A stretch of 64,000 nt of DNA from an uncultured Chloroflexia bacterium (GTDB lineage: Bacteria > Chloroflexota > Anaerolineae > B4-G1 > SLSP01): the NCBI GenBank assembly GCA_963751345.1, contig CAVVUS010000044.1:32001-96000 (forward strand). Reading direction: 5' to 3'. Shown in pieces: positions 10,709 to 20,920 of the stretch. The translations under genes and the position numbers were made by a program. The notes under the pieces were generated by a model that was not told the origin of the DNA, made no database searches, and was given only the letters and a program-made list of their open reading frames with translations. Position 1 is the first letter of the stretch. Each line of letters opens with the position of its first letter.

Positions 10709-11407
10709 ATGGCCAGGCACATTCTAGTCGTCGATGACGATGCCCTCCTGCGCCGCAGCCTGGCCTTCAACCTGGACAAGGCCGGATATCGCGTCAGTAC
10801 AGCGAGATCAGCCGAGGATGCCTTGGCGACGTCGCAGCTCGACCCACCGGATTTGGTCCTCCTCGATATCGGACTTCCCGGCATGGATGGTCTCGACGCC
10901 TTGCGTCGCCTCCGTCAGTACGGGGACGTCCCCGTGATCTTCCTCTCTGCACGGCGGCGCGAACTGGATCAAGTCCTCGGCCTGGAGCTGGGTGGCGACG
11001 ACTATGTGACCAAACCCTTCGATGCTGACGTGCTGCTCGCACGTATCAAGGCTGTCCTTCGCAGGAGTGGGGTGGATGGCGATGTGGGCATCCAGGTGGA
11101 GCCCCTCACGGTGGGCGACCTGACCATCAACCCTGCGGCCCATACGGTTGCGGTGAACGGCACGTATGTGGACCTCTCACCCCGCGAGTTCGATCTGCTC
11201 TATGCACTGGCCCAGGAGGCGGGTCGACCGGTTTCCGTCGACGGATTGCTTGCGCGGGTGTGGGGGGCCGAATACGCCGGTGAGCCACAGGTGGTCTACG
11301 TGCACGTCCGTTGGCTGCGGGAGAAACTCGAACCGGAGCCGAGTGCGCCCCGCCGTATTCTCACGGTTCGGGGTGTGGGCTACAAGCTGGTACCATATGA
11401 AGCCTAG
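10709..11407 (+). CDS. OmpR/PhoB family response regulator
   Basis: VVDDD, LLDIGLPGMDG, GGDDYVTKPF, winged helix ending TVRGVGYK. Confidence 0.96.
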   Translation: MARHILVVDDDALLRRSLAFNLDKAGYRVSTARSAEDALATSQLDPPDLVLLDIGLPGMDGLDALRRLRQYGDVPVIFLSARRRELDQVLGLELGGDDYVTKPFDADVLLARIKAVLRRSGVDGDVGIQVEPLTVGDLTINPAAHTVAVNGTYVDLSPREFDLLYALAQEAGRPVSVDGLLARVWGAEYAGEPQVVYVHVRWLREKLEPEPSAPRRILTVRGVGYKLVPYEA

Positions 11408-13217
11408 GGGCGGGTGGCTGCGGTCGCTGCGGGCACGGTCCGTGCTTAGCCATATCGTGCCGATATTGGTCGTGATCCCGATCGTCGGCATCGCGCTGAC
11501 GTATTTGCTGGGGACCCAAGTGCTGCTGGCGAGTCTTTCCAATGACCTGGAGCGCCAGGCCGGTTTGGTTGCTGCTGCTGCGGTGGCGTATCCGCAGGTG
11601 TGGTTCGATCAGAACGAGGCCCGGGCGTTCACGGCCCTGGTCGGCGAGCGTCTGACGGCGCAGGTAGCCCTGGTGGATCCGTCGGGCACCCTCCTGGCGA
11701 CGACCGACCCAGCCGAACAGGCGCTCGTGGGTCAACAATTGCAGCTTACCGGTCTGTCGGAAGCCTTGGCTACCGGGCAGATCGTCCGCGTGAACTACGG
11801 CGAGCAGCCCGGTACGGGCGCGGCCGAGGTATTGGTTCCGGTATTCGTCAACGGTCGGATCGCAGGCGTGATCCGGTTGACGGATCCGCTGTCGAGCGTG
11901 TACGCGCGGTTCCCGAGGACGCGCGCGCTCATCATCGGGGTCCTCGCTGCCGGACTGCTCGTAGGCGTCGGGATTGGTTGGTTCCTGGCTCTGAGCCTGG
12001 AGCGTCCCCTGGCGCAGGCCACCCAGGCGATCACGAAGATGTCGGGCGGAGAGCCACTCACGCAGCTTCCGGAACAGGGACCACAGGAGATCCGGCTGCT
12101 CCTTCGCGCCTTCAATACGCTGACGGGTCAACTGCGGAGCCTAGAGAAGGCGCGCCGGCGACTGCTGGCCAACCTCGTGCACGAGATCGGCCGCCCGCTG
12201 GGCGCGTTGCTCTCCGCGGCGCAGGCGCTTCGTGGCGGTGCCGACGAGGACCCGGATCTTCGTCGCGAACTCGTCGCGGGCATGGAGGTCGAGGTCGCCC
12301 AGATGCGGCACGTGCTGGACGATCTGACCCACCTCTACGATCGTACGATAGGCCCATTGGAGCTCGAGCGCAGACCTGTCGATCTGCGGGTCTGGCTTGC
12401 CCAGGCCATTGTGCCCTGGCGCGAGTCCGCCCAGAACAACGGTCTGACCTGGCAGGTGGCGCTTTCGCCCGACCTTCCTGAGGTGCGGATCGATGGGGAT
12501 CGGCTCGCGTCGGCGCTGGGGAACATCCTTAGCAACGCCATCAAGTTCACGCCGTCTGGCGGCGAGGTCGCGGTTTCCGCAGGTATGGAGGGTGACGAGG
12601 TTTGGGTCAGCGTCCGCGACACCGGGCCAGGCATCCCGTCTGAAGAGCTTGGTCGTATCTTCGTCCCGTTCTACCGAGGCGCGACGGGACGCCGGTTCCC
12701 ACAGGGCATGGGGCTTGGCCTGAGCATTGCGCGTGATGTGGTCAGCGCGCACGATGGTCGCATTACGGTCGAGAGCGATGTAGGGTTGGGGAGCGCCTTC
12801 ACGATCTGGCTGCCTGCGCCCTCGCCGAGGTTGGTGAATTGGAGAGCCCTGCCACCTCGGTTCCTGCTCAACCACCCTCATCGAGCCTCGCGGAGGCTTA
12901 AGGTCCTCTTAAGGTATCCTGTCACTCCTCTTAAGGACATCGCGCTCCTCCTGTGTTACGCTGATGACAACACTGAAAGTGGGTCATCACGGGTCCGCAA
13001 GGAACCCATAGGAATACAGGAGGAACGAGATGGTGAGGAAAAGACCTTTGGCGTGGATATCGTTGGTCGTGGCTTTTGCCGTGACCGCATTGACCGGCTG
13101 TGGAGCTGCCAGCCCGCTGGCTGCCCAGGTTGTCTCGGCGAATCAGCAGACGGCTCAGACTGCACAGAACGCACCTGCCGCATCGGCGCCGGCCTCGGGA
13201 TCGGCGCAGACGATTAG
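11397..13217 (+). CDS. HAMP-domain sensor histidine kinase (homology ends ~12825; ORF runs on to 13217)
   Basis: ATG 11397 overlaps the RR stop; 2 TM, HAMP, HEIGRP, NAIKFT, DTGPGI, GMGLGL. Confidence 0.9.
   Translation: MKPRGGWLRSLRARSVLSHIVPILVVIPIVGIALTYLLGTQVLLASLSNDLERQAGLVAAAAVAYPQVWFDQNEARAFTALVGERLTAQVALVDPSGTLLATTDPAEQALVGQQLQLTGLSEALATGQIVRVNYGEQPGTGAAEVLVPVFVNGRIAGVIRLTDPLSSVYARFPRTRALIIGVLAAGLLVGVGIGWFLALSLERPLAQATQAITKMSGGEPLTQLPEQGPQEIRLLLRAFNTLTGQLRSLEKARRRLLANLVHEIGRPLGALLSAAQALRGGADEDPDLRRELVAGMEVEVAQMRHVLDDLTHLYDRTIGPLELERRPVDLRVWLAQAIVPWRESAQNNGLTWQVALSPDLPEVRIDGDRLASALGNILSNAIKFTPSGGEVAVSAGMEGDEVWVSVRDTGPGIPSEELGRIFVPFYRGATGRRFPQGMGLGLSIARDVVSAHDGRITVESDVGLGSAFTIWLPAPSPRLVNWRALPPRFLLNHPHRASRRLKVLLRYPVTPLKDIALLLCYADDNTESGSSRVRKEPIGIQEERDGEEKTFGVDIVGRGFCRDRIDRLWSCQPAGCPGCLGESADGSDCTERTCRIGAGLGIGADD
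12897..12962 (+). promoter_or_regulatory. Phased CTTAAGG direct repeats (putative OmpR-family boxes) plus extended -10 for htrA
   Basis: CTTAAGG at 12897, 12908 and 12930 (11 and 22 bp apart); TGtTACGCT at 12954-12962. Confidence 0.65.
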
Positions 13218-14682
13218 TTCGGGCGTCATCGCAGGCCTGGAGAGCGCGCTGGAGCAGGTCTATACAAACGTAAGCCCTTCGGTCGTCTACATTGAGGTGC
13301 GGCAGGCAGGGACGGCGGCGCAGAATCTCCCGGGCTTCCCCTTCAGCACACCCCAGAGCCCCAATGGAACTCCCCAGTACCAGTATGGCTCCGGATCGGG
13401 TTTTGTCTGGGATATGTCCGGTGACATCGTGACCAACAACCACGTTGTCAATGGTGCAGACCAGATCATGGTGACATTCTCCGACGGCACGACGGTGCCG
13501 GCGACCGTCGTTGGCACGAACCCTGACAGCGATCTCGCCGTCATCAAGGTCGACGTGTCATCCAGCCTGCTTCACCCCGTGACGATGGGAGACTCCACGG
13601 CGGTCAAGGTTGGCGAGGTAGCGATTGCCATCGGCAATCCTTACGGCCTGGAGAGCACGATGACCGTGGGATTCATCAGTGGGCTTGGACGCTCGCTGCC
13701 CGTGCAGTCGTCGTCGAACAGCGCCGGCCCGACGTACAGCATTCCGGATGTTATCCAGACGGATGCGCCGATCAATCCCGGCAACTCCGGTGGCGTCCTG
13801 CTCAATGACCAAGGCGAGGTCGTGGGCGTGACTGCAGCCATCGAGTCAGCGTCCGGGGCTTCGGCGGGGGTCGGTTTCGTGATCCCGTCGGCGATCGTCG
13901 AGAAGGTCGTGCCCAGCCTGATCGACCAGGGATCCTATGCCGTGCCTTATCTGGGAATCAGTGGCGCGACACTTGACACACAGCTCGCCACCGCGATGAA
14001 CCTTGATCCCAATCAGCACGGTGTGCTGGTGGCGGACGTGGCGGCGGGTGGCCCAGCCGCTCTGGGTGGCCTACTTGGCAGCACGAACACGGCTACCATC
14101 GATGGACAGCAGGTTCAGGTCGGAGGTGACGTGATCGTCGCGATCGACGGCCACAACTTGAAGACCTTCGAGGACCTGGTCGCCTATCTCTGGGACAGCA
14201 CTCAGGTGGGCCAGCAGGTGACGTTGACCGTACTGAGGAACGGTCAGAGCCAGCAGATTGACGTCACGCTCCAGGCGCGGCCCGGAGCGCAGGTGGCCAC
14301 CGCCCCGCAGACAACGCAGGGTGAGACGAATCAGAGCGCCTGGCTCGGCATCACCGGGACGACGCTCTCTGCCGATATCGCGACCGCGATGGGGTTGCCC
14401 CAGAATCAGCAGGGGGTTCTGGTGAACGATATCGTGGCCGGCAGCCCGGCAGACCAGGCCGGGCTGCAGGGGGGTGGTACGACGACCACCATCGGTGGGC
14501 AGAGCGTAAGGATTGGGGGGGACGTGATCGTCGGCTGGGATAGCACGACAGTCACCGATTACACGCAGCTTCAGGGGCTTGTGGCGGCAGCACAGCCTGG
14601 GCAGACTGTCACGCTGCATATCCTGCGGAACGGATCGTCGATGACGCTTCAGGCCCAGCTTTCGGCCCGGCCGACGTCGTAG
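13030..14682 (+). CDS. htrA: HtrA/DegP-like serine protease lipoprotein with two PDZ domains
   Basis: Lipobox LTGC; TNNHVV, DLAV, QTDAPINPGNSGG; two GGDVI PDZ domains. Confidence 0.93.
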   Translation: MVRKRPLAWISLVVAFAVTALTGCGAASPLAAQVVSANQQTAQTAQNAPAASAPASGSAQTISSGVIAGLESALEQVYTNVSPSVVYIEVRQAGTAAQNLPGFPFSTPQSPNGTPQYQYGSGSGFVWDMSGDIVTNNHVVNGADQIMVTFSDGTTVPATVVGTNPDSDLAVIKVDVSSSLLHPVTMGDSTAVKVGEVAIAIGNPYGLESTMTVGFISGLGRSLPVQSSSNSAGPTYSIPDVIQTDAPINPGNSGGVLLNDQGEVVGVTAAIESASGASAGVGFVIPSAIVEKVVPSLIDQGSYAVPYLGISGATLDTQLATAMNLDPNQHGVLVADVAAGGPAALGGLLGSTNTATIDGQQVQVGGDVIVAIDGHNLKTFEDLVAYLWDSTQVGQQVTLTVLRNGQSQQIDVTLQARPGAQVATAPQTTQGETNQSAWLGITGTTLSADIATAMGLPQNQQGVLVNDIVAGSPADQAGLQGGGTTTTIGGQSVRIGGDVIVGWDSTTVTDYTQLQGLVAAAQPGQTVTLHILRNGSSMTLQAQLSARPTS

Positions 14683-14704
14683 TCCATCTCGTACCTCTGT
14701 TGGA

Positions 14705-14738
14705 CACAAGCGCTCCGGGGAAACCCGGGGCGCTTGTG
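14705..14738 (+). terminator. Stem-loop after htrA
   Basis: CACAAGCGCTCCGGG-GAAA-CCCGGGGCGCTTGTG. Confidence 0.75.
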
Positions 14739-14825
14739 ACGTTGTGGCGACGGCTGCGTTCCGTGCTACACTGACCTCGTCGCCATTTGGCTAACAGCGT
14801 GGTCTTAGTCGAGGGAGGGAGAGGT

Positions 14826-15293
14826 ATGTGGCAGGAGTTCAAGAAGTTCGTAGCTCGTGGCAACGTCATGGACCTGGCAATCGGCATCGTCATAGGCAGC
14901 GCGTTCGGCGCCATCGTCCAGTCACTCGTGAAGGATATCATCATGCCGCCGATCGGTCTGCTCCTCGGCAAGGTGGACTTTTCGAGTCTCTACATCAATC
15001 TGTCGGGCCAGTCGTATCCGACCCTGGATGCTGCCCAGCAAGCGGGTGCCGCCACCATCAACTACGGCCTCTTCATCAACACGATCATCAATTTCCTGAT
15101 CATCGCCTTCGCCATCTTCCTGATAGTCCAACAGGTGAACAAGCTCTCGCGGAAACCGGAAGCTGCGGCGGCACCGACGACGAAGAAGTGCTCCTATTGC
15201 TTCACGGATATCCCGGTTGCCGCCACGCGGTGCCCGAATTGCACGTCGAAGCTGGAGGTGCCCGCCACCGATCCCGCGGGCGCAGCTGACTGA
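14826..15293 (+). CDS. mscL: Large-conductance mechanosensitive channel with C-terminal CxxC..CxxC
   Basis: [35 protein letters not shown]; tail KCSYC..RCPNC. Confidence 0.95.
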   Translation: MWQEFKKFVARGNVMDLAIGIVIGSAFGAIVQSLVKDIIMPPIGLLLGKVDFSSLYINLSGQSYPTLDAAQQAGAATINYGLFINTIINFLIIAFAIFLIVQQVNKLSRKPEAAAAPTTKKCSYCFTDIPVAATRCPNCTSKLEVPATDPAGAAD

Positions 15294-15341
15294 CGGGGTC
15301 CCGGGCCGCCGAAGCGATCTGCGCCTCTGTGTAGGGGTCAG

Positions 15342-16722
15342 TCAGTCGCCCGTGCCCAGCACGCTGTTCAGGAACCTCCTGACGAAGCCTGGCGGCTCTT
15401 CAGCGTGAACTTCGGCCGTCTGACCACTGATGGCCACGGTATAGGTGATGCCGTCATACCGGTAGTTGGCAATCCATATGGGCACCAGCAGCAGCTTGTA
15501 GGTCTGGACGGAGAGGCTGCGCGAGAAGATCTTCAAGTCCTGTAACTTGCCCACCTCGCTCTCCGCCTGACGTTCGACGTCGGAGCGCGCGTGATCGAGT
15601 ACGCGGCGGCGGGCGACCAGCGAGGCATCGGACACGGTGATTTCGTGGATCTCTGCGGGCCAGTCGGCCAAGTAGGCGGGGTCGTAGGGAACCGCCGCGC
15701 TCAGGTCGAAGCGCTCAAAGATCTCGTGCAAGGCATAGGGGACCCTATGGGTCGCGGGCACGACGACGTCGCCGACCAGCACGTAGTGGTCGCCCTCGCG
15801 AACAGCCGAACCGCCGGCAAGTTGGCGCGGCTGGCGTGCTTGCGGGCCGCCAAAGGCGGAGATCAGGCTTCCGAAGTCGTCGTGGTCGTCGGCCTCGATG
15901 CCACGCCAGCCAAGGTTGCCCATCAGGTCAAACGTCCACATCGGCAGGTAGAGCCCTCGCGCCCTGGTCAGGCTGCACCTGCCGGTCTCCCGCCTTGTGA
16001 TCGAGCCAGGTACGGAACGCGCGCTGCGCCTGTGTGGCCTCGACCGCGAACGGGATCAGGCCTTCAGGTTGGACCATCGCCGGCGAATCGACCTCGACGA
16101 TGTGGCTCGATCCGCAGTAAGGGCAACGCGCTGAGAGTTCGAGCTTGGCCACGAGCGTGGCCTGGCATCCCTGGCAGCGATAGACGCGCGTCCCGGCTGG
16201 AAGCGCGTGGCCTATCGTGGTGGCGTTGGCGACCACAAAGTCATCCTCGTCGATCTGTCCGGCACCTCGAAGGGCCGACAGGGCCGGTGCACGATAGCCG
16301 CAGTAGGCGCACTCGACCACGGCCTTCGCGGGCTCGAAGCGCATCTGTCCCGCGCACTGAGGACAGATCATGCGTGTCGCTTCTACGGGCCTGGGGTCTG
16401 CAGGCGCCGTCCCGCCTGCGGGCGGCGCAACCGGCGCGTTGGGATCCACGATCTGTCCGGGATCCAACCGACCGTCCAGGATGGCGAACTCGCGGTGAGC
16501 CTCCGCGTCGGTTGGATCGATCGCCAGCACCGACTCGAGGTGATCCCGTTTCTCCTCAGGGTCCTCGGTGATACGGCTCAGCCACAGGTGGGCCTGGGCG
16601 ATCTGACCGTAATCGCCATCCAGGGTCAGTGCGCGTTCGAGATAACTGCGTCCCTCATGTAACTCCCCCGCACGGATGGCGGCAATGCCATAGACCAGCA
16701 TTCTGCGGACGGTTTCGGACAC
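15342..16722 (-). CDS. TPR plus zinc-ribbon protein (frameshift ~15945)
   Basis: TPR-like N-terminus, CPQC/CAYC/CQGC/CPYC, 'PEGLIPF' continuing into 'WTFD...LLLVPIWIANY...GQT' in the second frame. Confidence 0.7.
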
Positions 16723-16737
16723 GGCGGTCCTCCTTCA

Positions 16738-17970
16738 CTAGGGCTGGTAGACCACGGGATCCTGCGGGACGCCGTTGTAGCGAATCTCGAAGTGCAGGTG
16801 TGGGCCTGTCGAGTTGCCGGTGGTGCCACAGTAGCCTAGGAGTTGGCCCTGTGCCACAGCCTGTCCGAGGGCTACGGCGTAGCTGTTGAAGTGCCCGTAG
16901 TACGTGATGAACCCGTTGCCATGATCCACCCGCACCAAATTGCCGTAGCCACCGTTCCATCCGGCGGTGATCACCGTGCCGCCATCTGCGGCGTAGATGG
17001 GGTCGTTCAAGTGACAGCGGTAGTCGAGGCCGATGTGAGTTGGGTTGCGGGGGCCGTGGAAGGTGTAGCCCGAGACTTCGTAGGATCCCGTAGGGAGGAT
17101 GAAGTATCCGTTGGCGATGGCGTTCGCGGGCGGCGACACCGGCTCCGAAGGCGGCCGGGCGGCTCCCGTGCTGAGCGACGGGACCGGGGTCGGCGGCAGT
17201 GGCGGCTCCCAATCGAAGTCGGGACCGATGCCGCCGGGGATCAGCAGCATCGTGCCTTCGGCAAGTAGCTGGCCTGGCTCGACGGTGTTCCACGTATTGT
17301 ACAAGGCAGACGTGTCCACTTCATAGGTTTGGGCAATGTCGGCGGGCGTTTCGCCGGCCTGGACGGTGTGGTAGACCGCATCGACCGGTGGGATCTGCAA
17401 GGGCAGGCCGGGTTGAAGCAGCCATGGCGCGCCCTGGAGCACCTCCATGTTGGACCAGACGATAGTGTAGGGGGAGAGCTCGAACTGCTCGGCTATGCCG
17501 AAAACGGTGTCCCCTTCTTGCACCACGTACGTGATCACGTCAAGGCGCGGCCGCTTCGGCACCGTCGTGTCAGGCTTGGCCTGACGGGTGATGCCCGATG
17601 CGAGCTGCCCGGAGACCGCCCGCGGCGATTCGTAGCCGACCTCATTGCTGTTGGCCGTCGGGAGGGGTGTCTGCTCAGACGTCATTCCCGCCGGTGCGAC
17701 ACGAGCCTCGGGTGGTTCGAGCGCCAGTGTGGCCAGAGGCTGCAGGTTTTTCACGACGCCCACCGCCAGGGCCAGTGTAACGATGGCCAAATGGGCACTG
17801 TACCTGCCAAGGATGGCGTTGAGCCGCGGTCGCTGTGCTAACGTGTTCCGCAGTGAGGTCAGGACACACGATATTCTGGTTGTTAGCCTGCCGGCCAAGG
17901 CAAAGGCCGTATTGAGCGGGATAAGCTTCTCACGCTCGGCAGGCTGTCCTTCAGACGCGTCGCTATTCAC
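16738..17970 (-). CDS. LysM-domain M23 family peptidase
   Basis: Two LysM domains (YVVQEGDT, HTVQAGET); HIGLD, YGH, TGPHLHFE. Confidence 0.92.
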   Translation of the reverse strand: MNSDASEGQPAEREKLIPLNTAFALAGRLTTRISCVLTSLRNTLAQRPRLNAILGRYSAHLAIVTLALAVGVVKNLQPLATLALEPPEARVAPAGMTSEQTPLPTANSNEVGYESPRAVSGQLASGITRQAKPDTTVPKRPRLDVITYVVQEGDTVFGIAEQFELSPYTIVWSNMEVLQGAPWLLQPGLPLQIPPVDAVYHTVQAGETPADIAQTYEVDTSALYNTWNTVEPGQLLAEGTMLLIPGGIGPDFDWEPPLPPTPVPSLSTGAARPPSEPVSPPANAIANGYFILPTGSYEVSGYTFHGPRNPTHIGLDYRCHLNDPIYAADGGTVITAGWNGGYGNLVRVDHGNGFITYYGHFNSYAVALGQAVAQGQLLGYCGTTGNSTGPHLHFEIRYNGVPQDPVVYQP

Positions 17971-17999
17971 GGATAATCACTCCGAACTATGGGATTACG

Positions 18000-19553
18000 C
18001 TATCGACTCAGCAGCTGCTGCGGGAGCTCAGTGAGCTCCCGGCTGCCGAATGCATAAGCGGCAATTAGAAAGGCAGTGGCGCCGACGGCAAGGCCGCCGA
18101 CACTCGCGACAAGAAGCCCCGCACCTGACGTGAGGCGGCTGAACCCAAGCACCGCCAGCCCCATCACCGCCGTGACAAGCCCGGTGCGCAGCAGAGACAA
18201 GCCCAGCGCGCCGCCCTCGACACCCCCGAGGCGCCTACGCGCGATGGCCAACAGGATGATGACCTGGAGGGCGACGCCGAGCGAGTTGCCCAGCGCCATA
18301 CCCACGTGCGCCATCGGGACCAGCAGGGCCCATCCGACTGCCAGGTTGGTGATGAACCCGGCCGTGGCGGCCCAGAACGGCGTCCACATATCACGTTGGG
18401 CGTAGAAGAGCCGGCTGGTGACCTCCAGCGCACTGTGAGCCACCAATCCAATCGCGAAGGCCTGCAGCCCGCGATAGACTCTCTCCGTCGCCGCTGCGTC
18501 GAATGCACCACGCTGCAGGAAGATCGCGGTCAAGGGTCGGCCCAAAACGACGAGCCCGACGGCAGCAGGTATCGCCAACGCGAGCACAAGCCGCAGCGCC
18601 CAGGCCGCCGTGGCGCGGAGTCCCTCACGGTCGCCGGCATTGGCGCGCTGCGAGAGGGTGGGGAAGACGGTGAGGCCCAGCGCCGTGCCGATGATGGTCT
18701 CGGGGAACTGCATGAGGCGCCAGCCATACTCATAGCTGGAGATCGCGCCCGCCGCGAGCCTGGACCCTAGGAATGTGGGCAGCACAAAGTTGAGATAGGT
18801 GACGGCCAGTCCCATGACGCGTGGTCCCATCAGGCGAAGTACCTCCCGCAGGTCCGGGTGGCGCAGCCTGGGATACCAACGTGCGTGATAACGTATGAGA
18901 CCCGGGACAAGGATCAGGAAGTGGCCAACGGTGCCGGCGAGCCCGCCCCACGCCAGACCGTATACCCCCATGGTGGGTGCGAGAAAGAGCGCCCCGACGA
19001 TGCGTCCCATCGTGTACGAGAGCGGGGCCATCGCCGGCAGCAGAAAGTGCCGGTGTGCCTGGAGTGTGCTCATGACGATCCCGCTGACCGATGAGATGAC
19101 CGTCTGAAGGAGGACGAGCCGCATGAGGTGTGTGGCGAGATCGGCGCGCACGGCATCGAATCCGGGCGCAACTGCGCGGATCACGTAGGGCGCGAAGATC
19201 GCCGCCGCCGCACTGATCCCCGACACGATGATCAGTGCCCAGTTGATGACGACGGACGCCAGGGACCAGGCGCCCTCAGGGTCGTCACGCCCACGGTCGC
19301 CGCGCTCGATGTAGGCCGACAGCACAGGGATGAGCGCCGTCGCCATCGCGAGTCCGGCGACGACGTTGAAAAGCGCGTCCGGCAGCTCAAAGGCGGCGTA
19401 GTAGGCGTCCAGGGCCGCCGAGGTGCCGAACGCCCGGCCGACGGCGGCATCGCGCACAATCCCCAGGAGCTTGTCGATCGCAAAGAAGGCAGCGACCAGC
19501 GTGGCGGAGCGTGCTACCTGGCCATTCAGCGCGCGCGACGGTGTCTGTGACAC
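18000..19553 (-). CDS. murJ: Lipid II flippase MurJ
   Basis: LGIVRD..FG..DAYYAAFELPD, RLMQFP, FPTLS, QRGAF, RLFYA; ~14 TM. Confidence 0.93.
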   Translation of the reverse strand: MSQTPSRALNGQVARSATLVAAFFAIDKLLGIVRDAAVGRAFGTSAALDAYYAAFELPDALFNVVAGLAMATALIPVLSAYIERGDRGRDDPEGAWSLASVVINWALIIVSGISAAAAIFAPYVIRAVAPGFDAVRADLATHLMRLVLLQTVISSVSGIVMSTLQAHRHFLLPAMAPLSYTMGRIVGALFLAPTMGVYGLAWGGLAGTVGHFLILVPGLIRYHARWYPRLRHPDLREVLRLMGPRVMGLAVTYLNFVLPTFLGSRLAAGAISSYEYGWRLMQFPETIIGTALGLTVFPTLSQRANAGDREGLRATAAWALRLVLALAIPAAVGLVVLGRPLTAIFLQRGAFDAAATERVYRGLQAFAIGLVAHSALEVTSRLFYAQRDMWTPFWAATAGFITNLAVGWALLVPMAHVGMALGNSLGVALQVIILLAIARRRLGGVEGGALGLSLLRTGLVTAVMGLAVLGFSRLTSGAGLLVASVGGLAVGATAFLIAAYAFGSRELTELPQQLLSR

Positions 19554-19576
19554 GGTATTCTTCGCGATGTCCCTGT

Positions 19577-20884
19577 CTACTGCCCGATCTCAGCGAGGAC
19601 GTCGAGCGCAGGCTGCCAGCCCTCGTGGTACTTGAGTGCGGCATTTAGGTCAGCTTCGGCGCTCGTCAGGTCACCCTGGGCGATGCGCGCCTTTGCGCGC
19701 CACAGATAGGACTCCTCCAGGTCGCTCGCCGTGGCCAGCGTAGCATTTGCCAGGTCGACGACGTCGTCATAGCGTCCTATCTGATAGTAGGTCTCGTAGG
19801 GTCCGAACTGATACCAGAGCATTCGATAGTAGAGACCAAGTTCCCGCGTGGTGTCATAGGCCACAGCAGCCTCGTCGTAGCGCCCAAGAGCGGTCAGGTT
19901 GGTGCCTACCGTGAACCAGCCGTACGTCACCCAATCCGAACCGCACGTCGCGTAGGCGAAGCACGCGTCAGGCGGCGTGCCGATCTCCGCCTGCGCACGT
20001 GCCAGCGCTTGCTCGTACATCGACGTGTCATCCATATCCGGGCCGATGAGTGTTGTCAGCTCGTCCCAGCGATCGGGTGACGCGACTACGAGATAGGTCC
20101 AATCAAAGACACGCCAGAGTTCGCCGAACTCTGCGTAGGACATATAGGTGGGCGGATCGTAGAGCGAGTCGTACAGGTTGAGCTCTTGGGTCGTGTCGTC
20201 GTATCCGATGACCAGCCTGAAGTGGCCGAGTTGGTCGCGTGCATCGCGGACATACCACGTCTCCACGATCACGGGATAGCCGGCTCGCAGGAGCGCCTTG
20301 ACCCCGTCAAGCGTACCTCCGGCGCGGACAATGGCCTTCAGCCCGCGGTCCTCGGCATACGCTGCCATCTGTTCGATGCCGACGTGCTTGTCCTCGGGAT
20401 CGGGCTTCAGCACCGGGGCGATATCGGACTGCCGGTCGTCGAGACCCCAATACGACATTGCCATCCCCAGAGTGGTCGGACCGCAGTTGTTCCAGCCCTG
20501 TCGCTCGTGGCGGATGCCCTCAAGCAGCACCTGTGCCGGCGGCGTGGGAGTGATGGTGGGCGTTGGGGTGGGTGTCTCGGTGGGTAGGGGCGTGATCGAG
20601 GGTTGGGGCGTGCTGGTGGGCGGCGGGGTCAGGGTGGGGGTCGGTAGGGATGTCGGTGGTGGGTCCGTCGCCGATGCCGCCATTGCCGCTGGAGGCGCAA
20701 CCGCCGCACCGAGCGGCGTGGGAAGCGTCAAGGGGTGGTTACTGTGACGTAGCTCCTGGAGTTGTGCCGGAAGCAGACTGGCGTAGCGGCCCGGAAGGGC
20801 CCGCACGACAGTGGGGATGGCTAACAGAGCGGTTCCTACAAGAGATAGCGCCACGATGACTACGATGTAGTGTATCTTACGCAT
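19577..20884 (-). CDS. C39-like cysteine peptidase with Pro/Thr linker and TPRs (probably leaderless)
   Basis: N-terminal TM; QGWNNCGP, GHFRLVIGYD, YDS; TPR tail; TGgTATAGT 7 nt before ATG 20884. Confidence 0.85.
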   Translation of the reverse strand: MRKIHYIVVIVALSLVGTALLAIPTVVRALPGRYASLLPAQLQELRHSNHPLTLPTPLGAAVAPPAAMAASATDPPPTSLPTPTLTPPPTSTPQPSITPLPTETPTPTPTITPTPPAQVLLEGIRHERQGWNNCGPTTLGMAMSYWGLDDRQSDIAPVLKPDPEDKHVGIEQMAAYAEDRGLKAIVRAGGTLDGVKALLRAGYPVIVETWYVRDARDQLGHFRLVIGYDDTTQELNLYDSLYDPPTYMSYAEFGELWRVFDWTYLVVASPDRWDELTTLIGPDMDDTSMYEQALARAQAEIGTPPDACFAYATCGSDWVTYGWFTVGTNLTALGRYDEAAVAYDTTRELGLYYRMLWYQFGPYETYYQIGRYDDVVDLANATLATASDLEESYLWRAKARIAQGDLTSAEADLNAALKYHEGWQPALDVLAEIGQ

Positions 20885-20920
20885 GGAGCACACTATACCA
20901 GATTTCGCGGGAGGGCAAGG

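Noticed and set aside
12825-13217. Functional 130-aa C-terminal extension of the histidine kinase
   Set aside because: Looks non-coding, spans promoter boxes and overlaps htrA in another frame.
20540-20660. Low-complexity GGT/GGG-rich repeats (also 32380-32560)
   Set aside because: They encode Pro/Thr linkers of secreted proteins, not DNA repeat elements.
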